A stretch of 62,352 bases of DNA. Origin: an uncultured Cryomorphaceae bacterium (lineage in GTDB: Bacteria > Bacteroidota > Bacteroidia > Flavobacteriales > Schleiferiaceae). The stretch's first letter is position 1. Every line of letters begins with the position of its first letter. The notes beneath the pieces are model-generated. The model worked only from the letters and a program-made list of their open reading frames with translations. It was not told where the DNA came from and ran no database searches. The stretch covers positions 1 to 62,352 of the forward strand of contig CAJXTR010000001.1 of assembly GCA_913060465.1 (NCBI GenBank). The letters are read 5' to 3'. Positions 52,868 to 62,219 of the stretch are shown piece by piece. Position numbers and translations under genes: made by a program.

Positions 52868-54288
52868 GCGCATCTAAACGCATAGAAAAAATTCAGTTTA
52901 AGCTGTACCTCTGCTTTGATTTCCTCAGTGGATTCGCAGCTTATGCAGCACTGCACATGGTTCGAAAAGTGTTCGTGGAACCCCAAAAGTTCGGGCAAGA
53001 TGTAGCCATCAAATTGGATACTAAATTTTGGGTTGGTGCGGTCGCCACGAGTTTAATCTTCATGGCCATTAGCGGACTTAGCGGTGTGTATCGAGATTTA
53101 AGCCGGAAAAGTAGAATTGCTCTGGTATTCAACACCTTTGGAGGTGTACTCATCACTTCTATGGTATTGTTCTTTTCTATACTTCTCGATGATATCGTAG
53201 AGTCGTATAACCAATACTACATCACCCTTGGCTCCTACAGTGCGACACTGCTCTTTTTCAGCACATCCTTTCGATTGGTATGGAGCACACGAGTACGAAA
53301 CTTGATCGATAAGAAAAAGCTCACTTTTCCTACGCTACTTATAGGTTCAGGAAAAGAAGCCGCAGATTTATTGGCTACGTTCACAAAGGATCGCAGCAAG
53401 GGATATGATTTTAAAGGGTACTTATCATTAGATGGAGAAACTACAGACGATCGAATCAAAGCAATTCCCTATTTAGGTACATCGAACCAACTGCTTGATC
53501 TCTTGAACGATAACGATATTGATGACGTAATCATCGCCATTCCTTCTGGAAATAGCGACCTGATTGCGCGTATGGTAAGTACAATAGAGAACGTAAATGT
53601 GCGTATTCATGTGCTTCCAAACGTATTCAGCATCATATCTGGGCAGGTTCGGATGGAAAGCCTAGGACGCTCTTTGATAGAAGTTAAACGAGAGCTAATA
53701 AAGCCTCATGTCGCTTTTTTCAAGCGGTCATTTGACATCGTTGTCGCTGCTTTATTATTGATCCTCTCCTCACCCTTCGTCTTGTTCTCAATGCTGATGA
53801 TTGCCGTTGGATCAAAGGGACCAATTTTCTACACCCAAGAACGATTAGGTAAGCACGGTAAGACCTTTAGAATTATCAAACTGCGCTCCATGTATCAGGA
53901 TGCTGAAGCTCAGGGCCCTCAATTAAGTAGTGAAGAAGATCCACGCATCACCCCATGGGGACGAACCATGCGTAAATTCCGTTTGGATGAAATGCCCCAA
54001 TTCTACAATGTCCTTCGTGGAGACATGAGTATTGTAGGCCCACGTCCTGAACGGAAATATTATTTTGATCAGATTATTGAGGCTGCGCCGCAATACAGGT
54101 ACCTCCTTCGAGTCAAACCTGGAATCACTTCATGGGGAATGGTGAAGTTCGGATATGCTGAAAATGTAGACGAAATGTTGGAACGCGCACGTTACGACCT
54201 CATTTACACGGAAAACATCACCATCCTTAATGATATCAAGATCCTCTTCTATACCTTAGTCATCGTCCTGCAAGGACGTGGCAAATAG
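52864..54288 (+). CDS. polyprenyl glycosylphosphotransferase (exopolysaccharide-initiating sugar transferase, WbaP/EpsB-like)
   Basis: Four N-terminal TM helices, a central Rossmann-like region, and the C-terminal bacterial sugar transferase domain (KLRSM...RLDEMPQFYNVLRGDMSIVGPRP). Confidence 0.88.
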   Translation: MSASKRIEKIQFKLYLCFDFLSGFAAYAALHMVRKVFVEPQKFGQDVAIKLDTKFWVGAVATSLIFMAISGLSGVYRDLSRKSRIALVFNTFGGVLITSMVLFFSILLDDIVESYNQYYITLGSYSATLLFFSTSFRLVWSTRVRNLIDKKKLTFPTLLIGSGKEAADLLATFTKDRSKGYDFKGYLSLDGETTDDRIKAIPYLGTSNQLLDLLNDNDIDDVIIAIPSGNSDLIARMVSTIENVNVRIHVLPNVFSIISGQVRMESLGRSLIEVKRELIKPHVAFFKRSFDIVVAALLLILSSPFVLFSMLMIAVGSKGPIFYTQERLGKHGKTFRIIKLRSMYQDAEAQGPQLSSEEDPRITPWGRTMRKFRLDEMPQFYNVLRGDMSIVGPRPERKYYFDQIIEAAPQYRYLLRVKPGITSWGMVKFGYAENVDEMLERARYDLIYTENITILNDIKILFYTLVIVLQGRGK

Positions 54289-54316
54289 CATTAAAAAGAA
54301 CCACAAACCCTTATAA

Positions 54317-55204
54317 ATGAAGAATATCACAGTAATTGGTGCGGGAACTATGGGCAATGGAATTGCACATGTTTTTGCACAGAGCGGCTTCAATGTTAGC
54401 TTATTCGATATCAGCGCAGAAGCGCTCGAGCGTGCGGTCGCTACCATCGGCAAGAACATGGACCGTCAAGTGGCAAAAGAACTCTTGACAGAAGCACAGA
54501 AATCGGAAGCACTAGCGCGTCTAACCACAGGGACAGACCTTAAAGTCGCGGTCTCAAACGCAGATCTTGTTGTGGAAGCTGCCACTGAAAACACCGACAT
54601 TAAATTCCAGTTGTTCAAGGATTTGGACGCCATGGCCCCAAAAGCCTGTATTTTAGCTTCTAACACCTCATCCATCTCTATTACGAAGATTGCTGCTCAA
54701 ACCAACCGCCCTGATAAGGTCATAGGCATGCACTTTATGAATCCAGTACCGGTCATGAAGTTGGTCGAGATTATAAACGGATACAGTACCTCCGAGGCGA
54801 CCACTGCCGCAGTAGTTGAAATGAGTCAATCATTGGGGAAAGTTCCAGTTAGCTGTAACGACTATCCAGGATTTGTAGCGAACCGTATCCTCATGCCAAT
54901 GATCAACGAAGCTATTATTGCGTTGCACGAAGGTGTTGCTGGCGTTGAAGAGATTGACACTATCATGAAGCTTGGAATGGCTCATCCTATGGGACCACTT
55001 CAGTTGGCTGATTTTATAGGCCTGGATGTTTGTTTAAGCATCTTGAACGTCCTTTATGACGGGCTTGGAAACACGAAATATGCCCCTTGCCCATTGCTGG
55101 TAAACATGGTTACCGCAGGCAAGAAAGGTGTGAAATCAGGAGAAGGATTCTACGATTACGCTGCGGGACTTAAAAACGCCGTGGTTAGTAACCAATTCAA
55201 ATAA
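54317..55204 (+). CDS. 3-hydroxybutyryl-CoA / 3-hydroxyacyl-CoA dehydrogenase
   Basis: NAD-binding ITVIGAGTMGNGIA; SNTSS and HFMNPVPVMKLVE blocks; 3HCDH C-terminal domain. Confidence 0.9.
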   Translation: MKNITVIGAGTMGNGIAHVFAQSGFNVSLFDISAEALERAVATIGKNMDRQVAKELLTEAQKSEALARLTTGTDLKVAVSNADLVVEAATENTDIKFQLFKDLDAMAPKACILASNTSSISITKIAAQTNRPDKVIGMHFMNPVPVMKLVEIINGYSTSEATTAAVVEMSQSLGKVPVSCNDYPGFVANRILMPMINEAIIALHEGVAGVEEIDTIMKLGMAHPMGPLQLADFIGLDVCLSILNVLYDGLGNTKYAPCPLLVNMVTAGKKGVKSGEGFYDYAAGLKNAVVSNQFK

Positions 55205-55222
55205 CGATTAACTCAACTCACT

Positions 55223-56404
55223 ATGAAAATTCAAACGCTCGCAGCAGCACTTTTCATATCTACCGCATCATTCGGCCAGGTAGATTTGATCAATAAAGTA
55301 AAAGATAATGGTGCAGATGCGCCATTAGGTTACGAATGGGAAACCATTGTCGATATTGAAGCAACGCCTGTAAAAAACCAAGGCGCCTCAGGAACTTGTT
55401 GGTCGTATGCAACTACCTCATTCGTTGAAAGTGAAATGATTCGCATGGGCAAAGAACCCATCGACATCTCAGAGATGTATACGGTACGTAAGGTCTACCA
55501 AGACAAAGGCGAAAAATACGTTCGTTTGCACGGCTACTTAAACTTCGCGCAAGGTGGTGCACTACCAGATGTCATGTACGTGATTAAAAAATACGGTGCA
55601 GTTCCACAGGAAGTCTACAGTGGATTGAACTATGGCAGCGAAATCAACCGTCACGGCGAGATGGAAGCTGCATTGAAAGGTATTGTAGATGCAGTCATTG
55701 ATAATAAAAACGGTAAGTTGTCTACAAGCTGGAAAAAAGGATTCGACGGCGTTTTAGATGCTTATCTAGGTGAGGAACCTGCTCAGTTTGGCTACAACGG
55801 AAAAACATATACACCCCGCACCTTTGCTGATGAGGTCATTGGTATTAATCCAGATGATTATATCCAACTCACCTCATGGACGCATCACGATATGTACGCG
55901 CCTTGCCAAATTCAAGTACCGGATAACTGGACTTGGGGAACTTCCTACAACTTGCCTATCGATGAAATGATGGAAGCCATCAATACTTCACTTCAAGAAG
56001 GCTATCCTGTAGCTTGGGCATGTGATGTAAGCGACAAGGGATTCTCTATCAAGAATGGTATTGCAGTGATGCCTAACCAGAGCTGGTCTGATATGACTGC
56101 TGAAGAAGCTCAAGCAGTATATGCAGGCCCACACGAAGAGGCCGAAATCACTCAAGAAATGCGTCAAGAGCAGTACGATAACTACCTCACACAAGATGAC
56201 CATGGTATGGTAATCCAAGGAATGGTTAAGGATCAAGATGGCAATATCTTCTATATCGTTAAGAATTCTTGGGGTGATATCCCGAACGATTACCGTCCAG
56301 GGTATTTATATGCTTCTGAAAGCTATGTGCGCTTAAGAACCATTAGTGTAATGATGCACGAAGAATCCATAGCGAAGTCAATGAAAAAGAAACTGAATCT
56401 GTAA
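55223..56404 (+). CDS. C1-family cysteine peptidase (aminopeptidase C / bleomycin hydrolase-like), secreted
   Basis: Signal peptide. Catalytic Cys in NQGASGTCWSYA, His in DDHGMVIQG, Asn/Trp in KNSWG. Confidence 0.85.
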   Translation: MKIQTLAAALFISTASFGQVDLINKVKDNGADAPLGYEWETIVDIEATPVKNQGASGTCWSYATTSFVESEMIRMGKEPIDISEMYTVRKVYQDKGEKYVRLHGYLNFAQGGALPDVMYVIKKYGAVPQEVYSGLNYGSEINRHGEMEAALKGIVDAVIDNKNGKLSTSWKKGFDGVLDAYLGEEPAQFGYNGKTYTPRTFADEVIGINPDDYIQLTSWTHHDMYAPCQIQVPDNWTWGTSYNLPIDEMMEAINTSLQEGYPVAWACDVSDKGFSIKNGIAVMPNQSWSDMTAEEAQAVYAGPHEEAEITQEMRQEQYDNYLTQDDHGMVIQGMVKDQDGNIFYIVKNSWGDIPNDYRPGYLYASESYVRLRTISVMMHEESIAKSMKKKLNL

Positions 56405-56425
56405 AAAGATTCATTGCGATGAATG

Positions 56426-56457
56426 AGCCGCTTACCCTTGGGTGAGCGGCTTTTTTT
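56426..56457. terminator. bidirectional intrinsic terminator
   Basis: AGCCGCTTACCcttgGGTGAGCGGCTttttttt: 11-bp stem (one G-U) and a T7 run. It overlaps the last codons of the convergent PAP2 gene. Confidence 0.8.
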
Positions 56458-57052
56458 GTACCCGTTGAGAAACGATAGAAACCACAACTGCAATACACAT
56501 CCCCAGGACTGCTCCCGCCATCACATCGGTAATCCAATGCGCCATGAGGTAAACTCTAGAAAGTGCTACTGCTATTGCGCAGAATACCGCGAACAGTTGG
56601 ATTGCTGGTCGGCGCCACTGCAATGCAATAAGCGTAAAAAACACAAAAGCAGTGGTTGTGTGACCACTCGGAAAAGCGAAGTGTAGCGGAAGTTCAAGAT
56701 CAGCGGCCAATTGTGTTTGGCTCCACTCAATAACTGCCATAGGTCGTGGTGATGGTGCGAAGACGAGCTTTTTTAATAATTGGACCAGAACGCTCGATAG
56801 AATACCGGCAGCGAGGAATTCTCCTGCTCGATGCCATTGTCGCTGAATTGAATAAGCGATTATAACAAAGACGAACATAGGTCCCTCACCCCAGCCAGTT
56901 ATAAATCCCATCAAATCATACCCTCTTGGTGAATACCACGCTTGGTGCAACGCTAATTGGGCTTCAACTTTTGATGGAAAAAAGGATAAAAAAATCCCGC
57001 AGACCATTATGAAAAGGACTGCGGGTATAGTGTAATATGGTATGTTCTTCAT
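56432..57052 (-). CDS. PAP2-family phosphatase (membrane)
   Basis: PSGH (FPSGHTT) and SRxxxxxHxxxD (SRVYLMAHWITD) motifs; six hydrophobic spans. Confidence 0.82.
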   Translation of the reverse strand: MKNIPYYTIPAVLFIMVCGIFLSFFPSKVEAQLALHQAWYSPRGYDLMGFITGWGEGPMFVFVIIAYSIQRQWHRAGEFLAAGILSSVLVQLLKKLVFAPSPRPMAVIEWSQTQLAADLELPLHFAFPSGHTTTAFVFFTLIALQWRRPAIQLFAVFCAIAVALSRVYLMAHWITDVMAGAVLGMCIAVVVSIVSQRVQKKPLTQG

Positions 57053-57438
57053 TACGCTCCTATGGTATGGGCTAGCTCATTTATTTGACTGTCCCACAAC
57101 TGCTTAGCTTCGTCTAGTTCATCCTCCTCTGCAAAGTCAGTAACGATGACAGAAGTATCATGTGTAATGGCATCAACTTCAATTCTGAACTCGAAGTAAG
57201 TATCCAAGCCATCTTCTTCGTCATTGAGCCAGCGGAATCGAACCATTTTGTCTTGCTGCTTCTTCAATAGTCTCGCCTGCTCTTCTGAGCCGTCCCAGAA
57301 AAAAGTAAATAATTCGGTACGCGAATTCACATCATCGCAGAACCATTCACTCAATCCAGAAGGTGTACTTAAAAAAGGAAAGAGCATCTTAGGGGACGCA
57401 CGAAGCGGGAATTCTAATTCAAATTTTACTTTATCCAT
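57052..57438 (-). CDS. START/SRPBCC-like small protein
   Basis: ORF to 57561; the ATG at 57438 gives MDKVKFELEFPLRASPKMLFPFLSTPSGLSEWF, which is AHSA1/START-like. Acidic C-terminal region. Confidence 0.5.
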   Translation of the reverse strand: MDKVKFELEFPLRASPKMLFPFLSTPSGLSEWFCDDVNSRTELFTFFWDGSEEQARLLKKQQDKMVRFRWLNDEEDGLDTYFEFRIEVDAITHDTSVIVTDFAEEDELDEAKQLWDSQINELAHTIGA

Positions 57439-57563
57439 GACTTGATTTATAGTTTTCGCAATATAATACGCCAACCGAAATTTCCAAGTTTTTGAGTGAA
57501 ATCCTATGCTTTTTTTAACACTCGCAGATTTTACTATTTTCCAGTGATTTTCAATCAGCACTC

Positions 57564-58775
57564 ATGAACTCGAACAAATCCATCTTTACCCAAGCTATTA
57601 TTTGGGTTGCCGCTCTTGGCTACTTTGTAGATATCTACGATCTCTTACTCTTCAGTATCATCCGCATACCATCTCTAGAATCCATTGGTGTTGAGAATGT
57701 TACAGACGTAGGGCTTTTGATTTTGAATACCCAGATGTTCGGTTTATTGCTCGGAGGAATCCTATGGGGAGTGCTCGGTGATCGATTAGGCCGTACACGT
57801 GTATTATTTCTTTCAATTGCTCTCTATTCAATAGGCAACATTATGAATGGGTTTGTACAAACCGGGATGCAATACGCAGTGATACGATTTATCGCGGGAA
57901 TAGGTCTTGCCGGAGAATTGGGGGCAGGTATCACTCTAGTTAGTGAACTATTGCCAAAGGAGAAACGCGGCTTAGGCACTTCAGTTGTTGCCGGAGTTGG
58001 GCTTACTGGCGCTGTGGTCGCTTTTTTCATCGCGCAATGGTTTGATTGGCGTACATGCTACTTCATCGGTGGAGGCTTAGGCATATTGCTCTTGTTTATG
58101 AGGCTTAGTGTGTTTGAAAGTGGCTTGTTTGAAAAAGTTGAAAAGAATACAGCAGTGGTTCGAGGCAACTTTTTGATGCTTTTCAATAAACGAGAGCGCT
58201 TCATGCGCTACCTACGCAGTATACTCATAGGCTTGCCTACATGGTTTGTAGTGGGTATACTCATTAGTTTCTCCCCTGAATTTGCGCGACAACTTGGCAT
58301 TGAAGAGACCATAGATCCCGGAATGGGCATTATGATCTCCTATAGCGCTATCGCAGTAGGCGATGTCGTTATCGGGCTTCTTTCTCAAAAGCTGCAATCC
58401 AGAAAAAAGGCGATGCATATTTTCTATGGCATTACCATTGTGGGTATGCTACTCTTTTTCACAGCCTCCTCTGCCCTACAACTATACATTTCAACCGGGA
58501 TCATGGGATTCGGCACTGGATTCTGGGCCGTATTTGTGACCATTGGTGCAGAAAATTTTGGGACCAATTTAAGAGCGACGGCAGCGACCACAATACCCAA
58601 CATGGTTCGTGGATCCCTAAATGGGATTTCAGCCATTTTCCTAGGCTTGGGTTCATACCTCTCCTACGTTGGCAGTGGCATCACTACCGCAATCATCGTT
58701 ATGGCCATTACCTATTGGGCCATTTCTGGATTAAACGAAACCTTCGGCCGCGATTTAGATTTTATTGAAGAGTAG
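57564..58775 (+). CDS. MFS transporter
   Basis: About 12 TM helices with the MFS loop 2-3 motif GVLGDRLGRTR. Confidence 0.85.
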   Translation: MNSNKSIFTQAIIWVAALGYFVDIYDLLLFSIIRIPSLESIGVENVTDVGLLILNTQMFGLLLGGILWGVLGDRLGRTRVLFLSIALYSIGNIMNGFVQTGMQYAVIRFIAGIGLAGELGAGITLVSELLPKEKRGLGTSVVAGVGLTGAVVAFFIAQWFDWRTCYFIGGGLGILLLFMRLSVFESGLFEKVEKNTAVVRGNFLMLFNKRERFMRYLRSILIGLPTWFVVGILISFSPEFARQLGIEETIDPGMGIMISYSAIAVGDVVIGLLSQKLQSRKKAMHIFYGITIVGMLLFFTASSALQLYISTGIMGFGTGFWAVFVTIGAENFGTNLRATAATTIPNMVRGSLNGISAIFLGLGSYLSYVGSGITTAIIVMAITYWAISGLNETFGRDLDFIEE

Positions 58776-58836
58776 CCTTGTTCTTCGTTCGGCGTTCAAA
58801 TACATGCTATTTTAGACGCATAAGTATAATCTCGAA

Positions 58837-61800
58837 ATGAAACGAACGCTGGCGGCCGTTGTATTAACGATGCTTTGTGCCTTTTCTACAAAAGGACAGA
58901 TCGCCATCAATGAGTTCAATTCAAAAAAGGGTTTCATTGACGAGTTTGGAGAGGAAGAAGATTGGGTAGAAATCATCAATACTTCGGGGGATTCCCTTGA
59001 AATAGGGAAGTACTTTTTGAGTGATAAGCCAAACAATCTTGATAAATGGGCTTTGCCTGATGTTGTCTTACCTGCTGATGGCATACTATTAATCTGTGCT
59101 TCAGGACGAGAGAACCACCGCTATCCCAATCATTGGGAAACGCTGGTTAAAGCAGAAAGTATCTGGAGGTACTGGAGCGGTGTGAATGCACCACCAGCGA
59201 ATTATTCGCAATGGAATGAGCTGGGATATAATGACCAAAATTGGCCACAAGGCGCGGGCAGCATAGGCTATGGCGATAATGATGACAATACCATCATCAG
59301 TGCAACCCCTTCAATCCTCATGCGTCGTGAATTTGTTGTGGCCGATACTGCGGATATCACGCATCTAATTATGCATGCGGACTATGATGATGCTTTCATC
59401 GCCTATTTAAACGGTGTGGAAATCATGCGCTCAGAAAACATAGTTACTAATCCTGCATACAACGAGTTCGCGACTGTTGAACGTGAGGCCCTAATGTATG
59501 CTGGGGGCGCTCCTGAATCACTCCTTCTTGATCAGGATCTCGTTAAAAATGTGCTACAGGCAGGTACAAACGTCTTGGCGGTTCGTGTGCACAACGCCTC
59601 AGCGAATTCATCTGATCTCACCAGCAAGTTTTACTTAAGCGCTGGAATTAACACATCAACATTCACGTACGATTTACCACCTCTTTGGTTCGTACCTCCA
59701 ACGGTCTATCCCCATGCGGATTTCAAACTCTCTGCTGGAGAAACCATTATTATCAGTGATACCAATTCTGTTGTTATCGATAGCATTGGTATTCCTTCCG
59801 ACCTAAATGCCTCCCTGAGCAAGGGACGTACGCCGGATGGAACCGGGAATTGGTGCTACTTCACTACCCCTACTCCAGCCGCACCAAATGGCACCAGTAC
59901 GTGCTATTCTCATATCGTTCAAGACCCTGTGGTTGACTTGCCGTCTGGATTTTATAGCTCATCTAACAATGTGTATATCACGACTGCAACCGGTGCCACT
60001 TCTTATTTTACAACAAATGGCGATGTACCAGATCAAAATGACAATGTTGTTAATGGGCCAATTTTAATTACGGAAACCAGCGTATTAAGCGTTCGGTCCT
60101 TCAGTAATTCAGGACAAGGACTGCCTAGCAAAACCATCGACCGTACCTACCTCATTGACGAGGACAACCACGACCTTCCTGTTGTTTCTATAATCACTAA
60201 TGAGGACCACCTATGGGACTGGAACTCGGGCATTTATGTCATGGGGCCGGGCGCTAGTACCACCTACCCCTATTTTGGGAGTAATTTTTGGCAGCCATGG
60301 TCGCGTAAGTCACGCATGGAGTTCTTTGATGGAGACCAATTAAAGCAATTCGAGGCCGAATTTGATTTAGAGATTCATGGGGGCTGGTCTCGTGCTGAGC
60401 CGCAGAAGTCATTCCGAGTAGATATGAAATCTGAATACACTGGGGATGTTGAATATGCTTTGATCGAGCGCAAACCAAAGATCGAATCATATAACAACTT
60501 CAACCTTAGAAATGGCGGTCAGCATGGGATAACGAACAGGATTCAAGATGCTATTATCAGTCGATTAGCCGATGGTACAAACATCGACCGAATGGGCTAT
60601 GAGGCTTGTATTGTCTATTTAAATGGTGCGCCGTGGGGACTCTATGGGATACGCGAAAAGATGGACGAACACTATATTGAAAGCAACCACGGTATAGATA
60701 AGGATAATGTCGAGTTATTGAATCCTTACGGGGCTTTGGTAGGAAGTACGCTACATTTTGACGAGAGTCAAAGTCAATTGCTAGGTACAAGCACTTCAAG
60801 TCCTCAATTCATGGAGCTTTTCCGATCGCGCTTTGATGTCGAGAATTACATCGACTACTTTGTATTCGAGACCTACATCCAAAATAGAGATTGGATGGGC
60901 ATTGATTGGGGACTGAACAACACAAAGTTATGGCGTCCCGACACTGTTGGTGGGAAGTGGCGTTATATGCTTTATGATACAGATTTTGCCTTCGGATTAT
61001 ATGGAGGCAATGTCTATGTGAATTACATTAATCGGGCACGTAATCCTTCCTATCCCAACCAACACTCGCAACTTTTTAATCATGTTTTGGGAAATCAAGA
61101 ATTCAAATGCCAATTCACGAATCGCTACAACGACCTAATAAACACCACCTTTCAATCGGCGAACTTTAACGCAGTAACTGATGAGCTTAAGGCTACGCTA
61201 GGTCCGGCTATTCCGGATCATGTATCGACGTGGAGCAACCAGATGGGGCCCTACTCCTATTCGTACTGGCTGAACTCCGTAAATGGTCTGAAGAGCTACA
61301 ATAGCGCACGCATTACGACGGCACGACAGCATTTAAATCAAAGTTTATCGTTAAACGGAGCTAAAGAAGTTTCCTTGGGGGTTTATCCCGCGCAATCTGG
61401 TCGCATTACATTGAATTCTATCACTCCGCAGCTTCCGTGGGAAGGAATTTACCATGGTGCGTGTCCCATAACCGCCCAGGCTATTCCTGAGTTTGGCTAC
61501 CTCTTTTCGCATTGGTATTCGAATGAAGCTAATTACAACAACCTCGAGGAGGATTCTATTACGGTCTCACTCGATATGAACACGGAGTTGACGGCTCATT
61601 TCGAATTGTGTGAAGAGGTGGTTTCGCTCTCCATAGGCACGGATGAGGTTAAGTTGTTCGCAAACGTATCTCAACCCGTTGAGGTTAGCCAGTATAATTG
61701 GACCCTAAACGGGATCGCAGTATCCACAGACTCGATGCTTTACAATCCGGCTAATGGTCAATACCAGCTGACCATCAGATTTGATTCGTGTGAGATTGTT

Positions 61801-62082
61801 TCTTCCATACTCACAGTTGATAATGAGTCATATAGCATTTTAACCTTCCCCAACCCTACAAGAGATCTACTGCGAGTTCAATTCGTTCTTGAGACTATTG
61901 AGGATTTAGAAGTCGGCTTGTATTCAACAAATGGACAACTGCTTTGGCGTGAACAACGTGAGGCCTTTGTAGGGCAATACAATGAAAGCATATCACTCTC
62001 TCATTTAGCTAAGGGCATCTATATTCTTAGGGCCACCACGGCCACCCATCAGTATGCTGAAAGAATCGTTAAGATTGATTAA
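58837..62082 (+). CDS. secreted CotH-kinase-family protein with an N-terminal lamin-tail domain and a T9SS C-terminal sorting domain
   Basis: Signal peptide. LTD (IAINEFNS...DWVEIINTSGDSLEIGKYFLSD). Chitobiase-C-like module (FYSSSNNVYITTATGATSYFTTNG). CotH core (FNLRNGG, YLNGAPWGLYGIREKMDEHY). C-terminal FPNPTRDLLRVQF...GIYILRA...IVKID. Confidence 0.8.
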   Translation: MKRTLAAVVLTMLCAFSTKGQIAINEFNSKKGFIDEFGEEEDWVEIINTSGDSLEIGKYFLSDKPNNLDKWALPDVVLPADGILLICASGRENHRYPNHWETLVKAESIWRYWSGVNAPPANYSQWNELGYNDQNWPQGAGSIGYGDNDDNTIISATPSILMRREFVVADTADITHLIMHADYDDAFIAYLNGVEIMRSENIVTNPAYNEFATVEREALMYAGGAPESLLLDQDLVKNVLQAGTNVLAVRVHNASANSSDLTSKFYLSAGINTSTFTYDLPPLWFVPPTVYPHADFKLSAGETIIISDTNSVVIDSIGIPSDLNASLSKGRTPDGTGNWCYFTTPTPAAPNGTSTCYSHIVQDPVVDLPSGFYSSSNNVYITTATGATSYFTTNGDVPDQNDNVVNGPILITETSVLSVRSFSNSGQGLPSKTIDRTYLIDEDNHDLPVVSIITNEDHLWDWNSGIYVMGPGASTTYPYFGSNFWQPWSRKSRMEFFDGDQLKQFEAEFDLEIHGGWSRAEPQKSFRVDMKSEYTGDVEYALIERKPKIESYNNFNLRNGGQHGITNRIQDAIISRLADGTNIDRMGYEACIVYLNGAPWGLYGIREKMDEHYIESNHGIDKDNVELLNPYGALVGSTLHFDESQSQLLGTSTSSPQFMELFRSRFDVENYIDYFVFETYIQNRDWMGIDWGLNNTKLWRPDTVGGKWRYMLYDTDFAFGLYGGNVYVNYINRARNPSYPNQHSQLFNHVLGNQEFKCQFTNRYNDLINTTFQSANFNAVTDELKATLGPAIPDHVSTWSNQMGPYSYSYWLNSVNGLKSYNSARITTARQHLNQSLSLNGAKEVSLGVYPAQSGRITLNSITPQLPWEGIYHGACPITAQAIPEFGYLFSHWYSNEANYNNLEEDSITVSLDMNTELTAHFELCEEVVSLSIGTDEVKLFANVSQPVEVSQYNWTLNGIAVSTDSMLYNPANGQYQLTIRFDSCEIVSSILTVDNESYSILTFPNPTRDLLRVQFVLETIEDLEVGLYSTNGQLLWREQREAFVGQYNESISLSHLAKGIYILRATTATHQYAERIVKID

Positions 62083-62094
62083 GGGCAACAAAAA

Positions 62095-62124
62095 AGCCCC
62101 GATGCAAACATCAGGGCTTTTTTT
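62095..62124 (+). terminator. intrinsic terminator after the CotH-family gene
   Basis: aGCCCCGATGcaaaCATCAGGGCttttttt: 9-bp stem with one C-A mismatch and a T7 run. Confidence 0.75.
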
Positions 62125-62125
62125 G

Positions 62126-62199
62126 TAGCGAGAGAGAGACTTGAACTCTCGGCCTCCGGGTTATGAATCCGACGCTCTAACCAGCTGAGCTACCTCGCC
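62126..62199 (-). tRNA. tRNA with anticodon CAU (elongator Met, or Ile2 if lysidine-modified)
   Basis: The reverse complement folds as GGCGAGG-TA-GCTC-AGCTGGTTA-GAGC-G-TCGGA-TTCATAA-CCCGG-AGGCC-GAGAG-TTCAAGT-CTCTC-TCTCGCT-A. Anticodon at 62165..62163. U8 and the T-loop TTCAAGT are conserved. CCA is not encoded. Confidence 0.88.
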
Positions 62200-62211
62200 A
62201 TTTGTGGGGTG

Positions 62212-62219
62212 CAAATATA
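62212..62219 (-). promoter_or_regulatory. -7 box (TATATTTG on the minus strand) for the tRNA gene
   Basis: Plus strand caaatata, 12 nt upstream of the tRNA 5' end. Confidence 0.5.
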
